64,000 nt of DNA. Origin: Promethearchaeota archaeon. Lineage in GTDB: Archaea; Asgardarchaeota; Lokiarchaeia; Sigyniarchaeales; SOKP01. The stretch covers positions 96,001 through 160,000 of the forward strand of contig JBHLNS010000001.1 of NCBI GenBank assembly GCA_048941285.1, written 5' to 3'. Below the pieces are notes generated by a model. It was not told where the DNA came from. It searched no databases and saw only the letters and a list, made by a program, of their open reading frames with translations. This document shows, piece after piece, positions 43,124 through 52,979 of the stretch. Position 1 is the first letter of the stretch; each line of letters starts with the position of its first letter. The position numbers and the translations under genes are program-made.

Positions 43124-44929
43124 ATGACCGAAGATGAGAATAAGATAATCAGAGCGCCAATTGTTTGTATACTTGGCCATATAGACCATGGAAAAACCAC
43201 TATTCTAGATTATATTAGAGGTACAGTTGTCCAACAAAGAGAAGCTGCGGGAATTACCCAACATATTGGTGCTTCTTATTTTCCAACCCAAGATATAAAA
43301 GAATTTTTAAGAAAATCTAAACAAGAATTTGCTGAAAAAGAAATAAAGCTTCCAGGAATATTAGTTGTTGACACACCTGGTCATGCTGCTTTTTTAAACT
43401 TAAGAAGAAGGGGAGGAGCAGTAGCAGATATTGCAATTTTAGTTATTGATGTCACCGCTGGAACAATGCCCATAACTTGGGAATCAGTTCGGATTTTACG
43501 AGAGAGAAAAACTCCGTTTGTCATTGCTGCTAATAAAATAGATAGAATATCTGGATGGAAATCAAAAAAAGATGCGGATTTTCTTGATTCCTACAATTCT
43601 CAAAAACCACACGTTAAAGATTTTTTGGATGAAAAGATATTACAAATTATTGGAAATTTCTTAGAAGAAGGCTTTAAGGGAATTGATCGTTATGATAAAA
43701 TAAAAGATTTCACTAAAAAAATTGCTATAGTACCTACAAGTGGAAAAACGGGAGAGGGAATCTCAACACTTTTAATGATTTTAATGGGACTAGTTCAACA
43801 GTATTTAACTTCAAATCTTAGATTTTCTGAGGGCCCCGCGAAAGGAGTTGTTTTAGAGGTCAAAAAAGAAAAAGGTCAAGGAAAAACCATGGATGTTCTT
43901 ATATATGATGGCTTAATTAATAAAGGTGATGAGTTTATCGTTGGTGGATTAGAAAAACCTATCAAATCTAAAGCAAGAGCCTTATTAATTCCTAAACCAT
44001 TGGACGAGATTCGGGATCCAAGGCAAAAATTTGATTCTGTTGATGTTATAAATGCTGCAGCTGGCATTAAAATACTTGCACCTAATATTGATGATGTAGT
44101 GGCTGGATCTCCATTTAGAGGGATATCGGATCCTTCTGAAGAGAAATCTGTTTATGAAGAGATAGAAGCAGAAGTAGAAAGTATTAGGATAAAAACTGAT
44201 AAAGCTGGGGTAGTTTTGAAAGCAGACACATTAGGTTCACTTGAAGCACTTGAAAATCACTTTACAAAAAATGGGGTTAAAATTAGTGTTGCTGATGTCG
44301 GTCCGATTAAAAAGGAAGATATAATTAATGCAAATATTGTTAAACAATTAGATCCCTATTCTGCTGCAGTTTTAGGATTTAATGTTCAGCTTTTACCTGA
44401 AGCTAAAGAACAAGCAATTATTGATAATATAAGAATTTTCACGAATAATGTTATTTATCGATTATTGGAAGAATATATTGAGTATGCAGAAACTAGAAGA
44501 GCCGAAGACACTGCTAAAGGGTTAAGTGAACTTATATTGCCTGCAAAAATCAAAATGCTTCCTGATTTCATATTTCGAAATTCTGATCCTGCAGTTTTTG
44601 GTGTACATGTTGAGGCAGGGACTTTATATCCAAAAGTCCAATTAATAACTGACAAAGGTAAAAGAGTTAGAAGAGTTCATCAAATTCAAGATAAAGGTCA
44701 AACTCTCGATAAAGCGCCTAAAGATTCAGAAGTTGCAATCTCAATTCGCGGAATTGAAATTGGGCGAGATATGGGGAAAGATGAAATCTTATTTGTAAAT
44801 ATTCCCGAATCTCATGTTAGACAGCTAATGGGTCGATTTATCAACGAATTAACTAGTGATCAAAAACAGGCATTAAGAGAATTTGTCACTTTGATGCGAA
44901 AAACAAATCATCCTTGGTGGGGATTTTAG
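43124..44929 (+). CDS. infB: Translation initiation factor aIF5B (IF-2)
   Basis: RAPIVCILGHIDHGKTT, GITQHIGA, DTPGH, KADTLGSLEAL. Confidence 0.96.
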   Translation: MTEDENKIIRAPIVCILGHIDHGKTTILDYIRGTVVQQREAAGITQHIGASYFPTQDIKEFLRKSKQEFAEKEIKLPGILVVDTPGHAAFLNLRRRGGAVADIAILVIDVTAGTMPITWESVRILRERKTPFVIAANKIDRISGWKSKKDADFLDSYNSQKPHVKDFLDEKILQIIGNFLEEGFKGIDRYDKIKDFTKKIAIVPTSGKTGEGISTLLMILMGLVQQYLTSNLRFSEGPAKGVVLEVKKEKGQGKTMDVLIYDGLINKGDEFIVGGLEKPIKSKARALLIPKPLDEIRDPRQKFDSVDVINAAAGIKILAPNIDDVVAGSPFRGISDPSEEKSVYEEIEAEVESIRIKTDKAGVVLKADTLGSLEALENHFTKNGVKISVADVGPIKKEDIINANIVKQLDPYSAAVLGFNVQLLPEAKEQAIIDNIRIFTNNVIYRLLEEYIEYAETRRAEDTAKGLSELILPAKIKMLPDFIFRNSDPAVFGVHVEAGTLYPKVQLITDKGKRVRRVHQIQDKGQTLDKAPKDSEVAISIRGIEIGRDMGKDEILFVNIPESHVRQLMGRFINELTSDQKQALREFVTLMRKTNHPWWGF

Positions 44930-44999
44930 ACTCGATTTTAGTAGTTTAACCTATTATTAATACATATAAGATTGAAAAAAAATTATTTAAACCAACTTT

Positions 45000-46457
45000 A
45001 TGGCTACTATAAATGATATTTTAAGTGAAGTATTAAAAGAGATTACGCCAACAAGTCAAGAAATTGATCGAATCAATCAGATTTCTAAAAATCTTGAACA
45101 ATTACTAGATAAAAAAGCTAAAGAGTTGAAAATTAAATATAATAAAATTGAACCTCAAGGATCAACTGGAATTAAACAAACACAGGTAAAAAATGATTTT
45201 GATATCGATCTCTTTATAGGATTAGACTATAATCAATATAAACCAAAATATAAGGGTTTGAGTAAAAGCAAATTAAAAAAAAAATCAAAAAAAGATTTTT
45301 TGGCGTTATGCAATAAATGGATTCTCCAAAGTCTTACACTAAATGAATTCCATAATCCTCGCCTCTTATATGCAGAGCATCCGTATGTAACAGTAGATTA
45401 CATTTTAAAAAATATAAAAATTAAGGTCGATATTGTTTTATATTTTGATTTAGAGTTAGAATATATTAAGGAACATGGACCTATTACTGCAGTTGACAGA
45501 TCCCCTTGGCATGGCTACTTTGTCAGAGATAAATTAGATCCTAAACAAAAGAATGATGTAAGGCTTTTAAAGCAATTCTTTAAAGCTTGTTATAGTTATG
45601 GTGATAAAAGCGCCGTAGGCAGAGTTGGTTTTATTGGATATAGTGCTGAATTATTAATTTATTATTTTAACGATTTTATTACTTTATTTGAGAATTTTAC
45701 TGAATTAGACAAGAAACCACTAGATTATTATCACAGAAATAAGGATGAATTAAATAAAATTGTTCACTTTCAAAATGATTATCTTATTATTGTAGATCCA
45801 ATAGATAAGAATCGAAATGTTGCGTCTGCAATATCCGATAGAGCATTTAAATATTGTAATCAGAAAATAAATGAATTCTTAGAACATCCAAGCATAGAAT
45901 TTTTTGAACTTAAACCAATACCCGAAGTTGATTTATCTAATAAAGATGATCCTCTCCTTTCGAAAATTTATATTATTGAATTACAGAATATTGATTATGA
46001 TCTCCATTATACTATTAATAGAGATAAATTATATTCTCTGGGAGAAGGCATTAAAGCTAATGGAGAAAAAGAATTTTCTCATGTAGATCGCTTTGGAACA
46101 ATTATATTTGAAGTATACTTCGAAGATGATAAGAATCAGTATAATATAGCCATTTTTTGCGAAAAACCTCAAATAGATGAATCTTATATTCGCAAAGGAC
46201 CTCCCATGACAGAAGAAAGACACGTTGTTAATTTCCAAAAAAAAAATCCAAAATATTTTGAAAGGAACGGTCATTTATGGGTAGAAACTGTCAGAGATTT
46301 TAATAATTTCTCTGATTTTTTAAAAGAATTTGTTAAAGATAAAATTCCTGATAATTTTAATATTAAAAATATCTCGACTGCATTTCAAACCCGTAGTTCT
46401 TCGGGGAAAAAAACAATAAATATATTGAGAAATATTATTTTGCCTCTTTATATTTAA
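45000..46457 (+). CDS. cca: Archaeal (class I) CCA-adding enzyme
   Basis: GS...TQ...D.DIDLF, YAEHPY, TAVDRSPWH, VRLLKQF, DPIDKNRNVASA. Confidence 0.85.
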   Translation: MATINDILSEVLKEITPTSQEIDRINQISKNLEQLLDKKAKELKIKYNKIEPQGSTGIKQTQVKNDFDIDLFIGLDYNQYKPKYKGLSKSKLKKKSKKDFLALCNKWILQSLTLNEFHNPRLLYAEHPYVTVDYILKNIKIKVDIVLYFDLELEYIKEHGPITAVDRSPWHGYFVRDKLDPKQKNDVRLLKQFFKACYSYGDKSAVGRVGFIGYSAELLIYYFNDFITLFENFTELDKKPLDYYHRNKDELNKIVHFQNDYLIIVDPIDKNRNVASAISDRAFKYCNQKINEFLEHPSIEFFELKPIPEVDLSNKDDPLLSKIYIIELQNIDYDLHYTINRDKLYSLGEGIKANGEKEFSHVDRFGTIIFEVYFEDDKNQYNIAIFCEKPQIDESYIRKGPPMTEERHVVNFQKKNPKYFERNGHLWVETVRDFNNFSDFLKEFVKDKIPDNFNIKNISTAFQTRSSSGKKTINILRNIILPLYI

Positions 46458-46543
46458 ATTCATAAAATTTTTATGATTTCCCGAATTCTTTTCCATAATT
46501 ATAACATGAGAATTTAATTTAATACATACGACGTGAACTAAAT

Positions 46544-48826
46544 ATGGTTAAAGTGAAAAACCCAGAAGAAATCGCTAAACTAGTAACTTCTGGTTCATAT
46601 GAGAAGAAGAGAATATTTTCAATCACAGCTCATATAGATCATGGCAAAACAACTGCCACAGATTATCTTCTTCGAAGAGCAGGATTAATGAGACCTGAAG
46701 ACGCTGGCCAGCTCCAAATGACAGATTCAGATTTAGATTAAGGCTTACTTGATCTACTGAAAGATGAGGAGCAGGAACGAGGCATCACGATCTTCACAAG
46801 TGTAGTCTTACTTGCATTCAACGATCCAAGAAAACCAAAAGATGACGAACCTTATATTATACAACTGAATGACACTCCTGGTCACATAAGCTTTACCGGA
46901 GAGGTATCCCGAGCCCTTAGAGGTTCAGATGGTGCTATAGTATTAGTGGATGCTCTTGAGGGGGTCATGACTCAAACAGAAACTAATATAAGGTTATCTG
47001 TTGGTGAAGAATACTGTAAACCTGTCCTTTTTATAAATAAGGTCGATAGATTGATTAGCGAATTAAAACTCAGTCCTCAAGATACTTTTGCAAAAATCGA
47101 CAAAATTACTAGAGAAGTCAATGATTTGATAAAAAAAGTAAGACCAGAAGGGTCGGATTGGAGTATAGATTTTGCGAAAAATTCCGTTGCAGTTGGTTCA
47201 GCTAAACATGGGTGGGGTTTCACTTATGAAATTTTACTTGAAAAGGGTTTGAAACCTCAAGATGTTTTTGCTAAATACAATGAAGGGGATATTCAATGGT
47301 TAAGAGATAATTTACCCCTAGATGAACCAATGTTAAGAATGATCGTAGATCATCTCCCAGATCCTATTACCGCTGCGAAGTATAGAATACCACATATATG
47401 GGGTGGTGATTTAAACTCAGAGCTAGGGCAATCTCTTATAAGGAGTGACCCAAAAGGAAAATTGTATGGGATGATTACAAAAATTTTCCTAGATCCAAAA
47501 AGAAATTATCAAGCTACACTTATAGGCCGCGTTTTTTCGGGTACTTTTGATCAAAGCGATACACTGTATCTTATTAACAGTGATTCTCAAAGTCGAGTGA
47601 AGAGACTTGGAGTCATGGAAATTACAGATATTTTAGATATTCCAAAGATTCCCGCGGGTAATCTATTTGCATTATATGGATTCATTTCTCCATCTGGAGA
47701 AACTTTCATTAACGCAAATGATGTACCTAAAGATAAAGAGGAAAAGAAGAGAATTCCTTCTTTTGAAAAAATACATTACGCTTGTGAAGCTGTTGTTTCC
47801 AGAAGTATCAAACCAAAAGATCCACATGATATTGATAAATTAGATGAAGTTGTATCCAAATGGTTAAAAGCAGATCCGACAGCAGAATACAGAAGAGATG
47901 AAGAATCAGGAGAATTTATTTTATCGGGAATTGATCCATTACAAATAGAGATTTTAGTTAAGAGGATAAACAATCAAGTCCAAATTAATATTGGAGAACC
48001 AATTATCGTTTATAGAGAAAAAATTACTCAAAAAAGTCCTGATTTTTATACAAAATCTGCGAATACACATAATCGTATCTTATTATATATTGAACCCCTG
48101 GATGAAACTACTGAGCGGTTAATCGAAACTGGTAAAGTAAATGATTTACAAAATGAGAAAGAAAGAGCTCAAATTCTTAGAGAAGAAGCTGGATGGGATG
48201 CTAAAGAAGCAAGAAGAATTGTTGATTTATATCATGGAAGCGTTCTTGTAAATGGTACCTCTGGATTACAGAGATTCGATCGTGTTAAATCTTATTTAAG
48301 TGCTGCTTTTAGGGATTGGCTTGGTGATTGTATACTTGCAAAAGAGCCTGCTGCTGGAATTAAAGTCGTATTCACAGATATGACAATACATGAGGATACC
48401 AGACATACGTCTTATGGTCAGATTGCAGGAATGTTCTTCTCAGCCGTTTCTTTAGCTATGTTAGATGCAAAACCACATCTATTTGAGCCAATCCAGAGAA
48501 TAGATATAAAATCACCACAAGGAACAGAAGGAAGTGTAAGTACTATTATTACAAAACGCCGAGGTCGGATTACTAACGTTATTCCCGAAGGAGAATATGT
48601 GAGGATTCAAGGTCAGATTCCAGCAGCAGAGACAATAGGACTTGCTGACGATATTAGAGGCTCAACAGCCGGAAGGGCATTTTTTGGTTATGAATTCTTA
48701 GGATTTGAAAAAGTTCCTCCCAATCTTGAAGAAGATATCATTATGGAAATTCGCAGAAGGAAAGGTATGCCATTAGAATTACCTAATAGAAAGAGTTGGG
48801 AGAGATTTATTTACAAAAGAACCTAA
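46544..48826 (+). CDS. fusA: Elongation factor 2 (aEF-2 family), join(46544..46732,46763..48826), about 750 aa after intron removal
   Basis: AHIDHGKTT, TDSD|DEEQERGITI, NDTPGH, NKVDRL, EPIIVYRE, RGSTAGRA; both ORF pieces are in one frame. Confidence 0.95.
46733..46762 (+). other. Putative BHB (tRNA-type) mRNA intron in EF-2
   Basis: Helix TCAG(46727-30)/CTGA(46757-60), bulges AT^T(46731-33) and AA^G(46761-63), inner stem TAGATTAAG/CTTGATCTA with loop GCTTA; in-frame TAA; removal gives TCA GAT GAT GAG (S-D-D-E). Confidence 0.9.
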
Positions 48827-49104
48827 AATGTTTTTTTATTATTAACTTTTAATTAAAATATCTGAATTATATTAATTAGTTGTATTCAGATACACCTTTC
48901 ATTCTTAATCCTCTAGGATAACAGCCGTTCCACTGTAAAATTGAAATGTCTTGATAATCCTTTTTCTTGGAAGATCATTAGGGTAGATTCTGTATTCAAT
49001 AGTAATTTTGGAACTTAGAATTTTTGAATATTATTGTCAATAAAATTGGTATAAATAAAATATATGACAAAATTTCATATTCAAAACAAGTAATTCGATC
49101 AAAT

Positions 49105-49668
49105 CTAAGAGAAACTAGAGATTTTAGCAATCATATATAGTTTTTTAACAAGAGCTTTAAACGCATCAGAAACTCCTTGCCCTGTTAAAGCACTCGTTTT
49201 ATAATATCCAATAAATCTATTATCTTTAGCTAATTGTTCAACATTTGCATCAGAAGTAGTTTTATTTGGATCTGATGCTAATTGTCCATCATCAACTAAA
49301 TCTACTTTATTTCCAAAAAGTATTATTGGAATATTTCCACAATATATTTTAAGATCATTAAACCATCTATTAACATGAGTATAACTCTCAGTTTGATCTG
49401 GAGCGTGAGAAAAAACTATTATTGCACCACTACTTCCAATATAGAATCTTTGACGTAGTGCTTGAAATGAATCCTGCCCAGCAATATCCCAAAGAAACAA
49501 ACTAATCTTCTCTCCATCAATTTCCTCTTCGTATTTAGAGAATTGTGTTCCTAAGGTTGATATATATTCTTTTTGAAAGGATCCTTGAGTATATTTTTTA
49601 ATCAATGATGTTTTACCAACAGCTCCATCACCAATGACGCAAATTTTAAATCCGTATCCGTCGCTCAT
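49105..49668 (-). CDS. Rab/Ras-like small GTPase
   Basis: GDGAVGKTS, YISTLG, WDIAGQ, GNKVD, TSA. Confidence 0.93.
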   Translation of the reverse strand: MSDGYGFKICVIGDGAVGKTSLIKKYTQGSFQKEYISTLGTQFSKYEEEIDGEKISLFLWDIAGQDSFQALRQRFYIGSSGAIIVFSHAPDQTESYTHVNRWFNDLKIYCGNIPIILFGNKVDLVDDGQLASDPNKTTSDANVEQLAKDNRFIGYYKTSALTGQGVSDAFKALVKKLYMIAKISSFS

Positions 49669-49879
49669 TTTGCCTATGCAACTTTCTAAGTCTAATTTCC
49701 TTTCTTAAATAATAAAAATCAATTATTTTAAATTTTTAGAATCCATTAATTAAAACTAATCTAAAGAATCATACTGATATCTATATTTAAAACGAATGTA
49801 TTATCTCAATATTTAAACTAAATTGCTATTAATATTCATCGATAACGAGATAAAAAGATAATATAAAATGTATTTATAT

Positions 49880-50437
49880 CTATCTTGTAGCTCTATGGTA
49901 TAATTTTCTTACTAATGTTTGAAAACCTTCTTGAACTCCTTGACCTGTTAAAGCACTCGTCCTGAGATATTCATTAATATTATGATCTTGAGCAAATTTC
50001 TGAACATGAACATCTGAAGTTTCGTAATCTGGACTTGAAGCTATTGCATTTTGATCAACTAAATCAGCTTTATTACCAAATAAAATTATTGGTATCCTCC
50101 CACAAGCTTCTTTAATATGTGATAACCATTTATCAATATTACGATAAGTTTCAATTTCTTCAGGAGCAAGAGAAAAGACGATAATAGCACCACTACTTCC
50201 TTTGTAAAATCTCTCACGTAGCGTAGCAAATGACTCTTGACCTGCTAAATCCCATAAGAATAGCTCAACCATTATTCCACTTATTTTTTCCTCGTACCTG
50301 GAGAATTGCATTCCTAATGTAGAAATATAATCTTTTTGAAATGTGTTTGTTGTATATCTTTTAATTAATGATGTTTTGCCAACGGCAGCATCCCCTACTA
50401 CAACAATTTTAAACCCAAAGGCTTTGTTGCTCATCAT
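49880..50437 (-). CDS. Rab/Ras-like small GTPase (tandem paralog)
   Basis: GDAAVGKTS, YISTLG, WDLAGQ, GNKAD, TSA. Confidence 0.93.
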   Translation of the reverse strand: MMSNKAFGFKIVVVGDAAVGKTSLIKRYTTNTFQKDYISTLGMQFSRYEEKISGIMVELFLWDLAGQESFATLRERFYKGSSGAIIVFSLAPEEIETYRNIDKWLSHIKEACGRIPIILFGNKADLVDQNAIASSPDYETSDVHVQKFAQDHNINEYLRTSALTGQGVQEGFQTLVRKLYHRATR

Positions 50438-50569
50438 ATTTCAATGAAATTTTTTAATATTTCTTTTCTTTATAGTAAAAATAAGATCTTTTAAGCGTTG
50501 CTAAAAAATTATTCTTCAATACCTCTAAAATGGATTAAAAAGTGTCATTCAAAAATATAAGATTATAAT

Positions 50570-51283
50570 TTAGAGATTGAAAAGTTCAATTAAATTTTCA
50601 GTGTTATCTACCAATATATCAGGTTTATGTTCTATTAGTGTTTGCTTTTGAGCTAATCCACTGGCAACACAAATCATCTTAACCTTTGCAGCTTTACCTG
50701 CATCCACATCTGTAGTCATATCCCCTATAAAGATAGCATCTGAAGGTTTTAGATTCCATTTATCAAGAATTTTTAAAATCCCTTCAGGATTAGGTTTAAC
50801 TTCTGTCACATCATTAAATCCTATAACTAAATCGAAAAATTTTGAAAGATTAAATTTTTCTAGCACTTCTTCAGCATATTGGCTTTTATTGTTTGTTAAA
50901 ATAGCTAATTTTACATTTTTTGCTAATTTTGATATCAAATCCTCAACTCCTTTAAAAATTGTTGATTCTTCTTCCTTATATTTATTGAATTGGTTGAATA
51001 GGAATATTGCAATTCGTAATTTCTTGAAAAAACTTAAGCCTTCAAGAAATTTTACTTTTAATAACTCAAAGGAATTTAGAAGGATTTTAGGTACAGGATA
51101 ATTTTGAATTTCTTCAATTAGGTGAGCAATTTCCTCCATTACATCATCACGTTTTACATTTTCCAATTGATATTTCTCAATACCGTCATCTACCGATTTC
51201 CTAATTGCCTCAGTGATATCATATATAACACCGTCTAAATCAAAAATTATCCCTTTATATTTTTCCAAGTTAATTTTTTCCAT
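50570..51283 (-). CDS. HAD-superfamily phosphatase (phosphoglycolate phosphatase-like)
   Basis: FDLDGV, LTNN, KPNPEG, IGDMTTDV.AG. Confidence 0.9.
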   Translation of the reverse strand: MEKINLEKYKGIIFDLDGVIYDITEAIRKSVDDGIEKYQLENVKRDDVMEEIAHLIEEIQNYPVPKILLNSFELLKVKFLEGLSFFKKLRIAIFLFNQFNKYKEEESTIFKGVEDLISKLAKNVKLAILTNNKSQYAEEVLEKFNLSKFFDLVIGFNDVTEVKPNPEGILKILDKWNLKPSDAIFIGDMTTDVDAGKAAKVKMICVASGLAQKQTLIEHKPDILVDNTENLIELFNL

Positions 51284-51384
51284 ACTAAAGTCTATTAATA
51301 TTTAGGACAATTTTAATTATACGGATGTCAATAATTTAATTATAGAATTATTAAGATTTTTTTTCAAATCTTTTTTAAATCACA

Positions 51385-52275
51385 ATGAACGAACGCCAAG
51401 AAGAAGAAGACGAAGAACAATCTATTGAAGACAATAAATTGGAAGAAGATGATTTGGAAACATATTTAAGAGACATGAAAGCACTTGAGTCAGATTTTTC
51501 AGATATGGAGGATCTAGACTTAGATGAACTTCAAGAAATACAAAATGCGATTGAGAAAGTTAAGGAAGGTGAATTAACATATGAAGATCGCTTAGTACGT
51601 GAGCCACTCCCTTCTGAAGAACCATTTGTCGGTGAAATTAAAAATCAAGAAGAAGTTAAGGAAACGATGATCTCTGATTTTTCCGATATAGACGAAATCG
51701 ATTTTGATGAATTAAGAGAGATGCAGGAAGCTATAGAATCCGTTAAGAAAGAAGAAATAGAGGATTTAGCTGAACCAGATGGTGTATCTCTCTATACTCA
51801 AGAAGTTTCTAAGGAATTAGAAGAAAGAATTAAACAAGAGCTTCTAAAAAGAAAACAATTAGAAGTAAGAGAAACTATAACCCCTGAGAAACTTTTAGAT
51901 TACGTTAGAAGTCGACGTGATAAGATATGGTACCATGCACTTTATTATTTAGTATTTAACGTTGAGGATTATATTGCTTCAAAAACCCTACTATATGATG
52001 TTTTAAAAGAAGTTACGAGTAAATCCGCTATAGATCCAATTCCGGAACACCAATTTTATTTTGGATTGGGGTATCTTTTAAGGCTAAACTTAAATGATAA
52101 ACAAGTAGTAAGATTTCTTAGAGATGGAAAGTTTAAAATTAATGTTAATATTGATATTTTAAAAGAAATTTTAGAAAAAGCAGGAGAACCAATAAGTACT
52201 CGGCCTATCATAAAAGAAGAAGAAAAGAAGAAAATGTTTAAAGATTTTTTAAGGGATGATTTCCTTGATATCTAA
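51385..52275 (+). CDS. Hypothetical protein with duplicated acidic helical motif and a globular C-terminal domain
   Basis: SDFSDMEDLDLDELQEIQNAIEKVKE / SDFSDIDEIDFDELREMQEAIESVKK. Confidence 0.75.
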   Translation: MNERQEEEDEEQSIEDNKLEEDDLETYLRDMKALESDFSDMEDLDLDELQEIQNAIEKVKEGELTYEDRLVREPLPSEEPFVGEIKNQEEVKETMISDFSDIDEIDFDELREMQEAIESVKKEEIEDLAEPDGVSLYTQEVSKELEERIKQELLKRKQLEVRETITPEKLLDYVRSRRDKIWYHALYYLVFNVEDYIASKTLLYDVLKEVTSKSAIDPIPEHQFYFGLGYLLRLNLNDKQVVRFLRDGKFKINVNIDILKEILEKAGEPISTRPIIKEEEKKKMFKDFLRDDFLDI

Positions 52276-52300
52276 AGTTTGAAATTTATTAAATAATGCT

Positions 52301-52939
52301 ATGACTCAAAAGCCTTCATTATTAATTATAGGAAATTCAAATGTAGGTAAAAGTTCAATAACTAGATTAATAATTCCAAATCCTAGAAAATTCAAAGGTA
52401 AAATTGGTAAAACTCCAGGAAGTACATTATTGATAAAAACTATTAATCAGGAGAATTTATCCTATAAAATAGTTGATCTTCCAGGGTTTGGGTATATTAC
52501 TCAATCAAGTCGTAGACGAACAGAGCATATAAAAAAACAAATAGTAATTCACATTGAAAAACACTATAAAGATTATTTTCTAGGTTTAATTGTTATTAAT
52601 ATTTTAAGGATTGAAGATGAACTAGAGAAATATTTCATTCAGAATAAAAAAACTATTCCTCTAAGTTTTGAATTAGTTAACTTTCTTAGAGAATTTCAGA
52701 TTCCTCTCTTATTAATAATAAATAAAATCGATAAGACTTCAAGGATAGATAAAAGAAGAATTATCTCCTTTTTCATTAATTCTGCGAAAAATTTTGGATT
52801 GCATGTTGTTCAATTAAATGAATTTAATCCAAATAATAAAAGCTATATCCCGTTATTAGAACTTTCAGCATTAAAAAAGATTAATATTAGTAAATTAAAA
52901 GAAATTATTCAAATGTTTTTAAATAGATATGTTTTGTGA
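52301..52939 (+). CDS. engB: EngB/YihA-like GTP-binding protein
   Basis: GNSNVGKSS, GKTPGST, VDLPGFGY, NKIDK, SA. Confidence 0.85.
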   Translation: MTQKPSLLIIGNSNVGKSSITRLIIPNPRKFKGKIGKTPGSTLLIKTINQENLSYKIVDLPGFGYITQSSRRRTEHIKKQIVIHIEKHYKDYFLGLIVINILRIEDELEKYFIQNKKTIPLSFELVNFLREFQIPLLLIINKIDKTSRIDKRRIISFFINSAKNFGLHVVQLNEFNPNNKSYIPLLELSALKKINISKLKEIIQMFLNRYVL

Positions 52940-52979
52940 TATCTGTTGATTCTTCTTATTTCTATATAATTTTTTTTTA

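Noticed and set aside
25337-44929. Additional hidden in-frame introns or inteins in EF-1alpha, RFC-S, aIF5B and UvrA/B
   Set aside because: Conserved motifs are contiguous with normal spacing; no BHB-like insert found by eye
46544-46741. EF-2 as a split gene or pseudogene with a separate 65-aa ORF
   Set aside because: Both parts are in one frame, with the intact RGITI and DTPGH motifs between the called ORFs; there is only one lesion, the structured 30-nt insert
48905-49025. Short minus-strand open frame (ILSSKITIEYRIYPNDLPRKR..) downstream of EF-2
   Set aside because: About 38 codons with no standard start or recognisable motif
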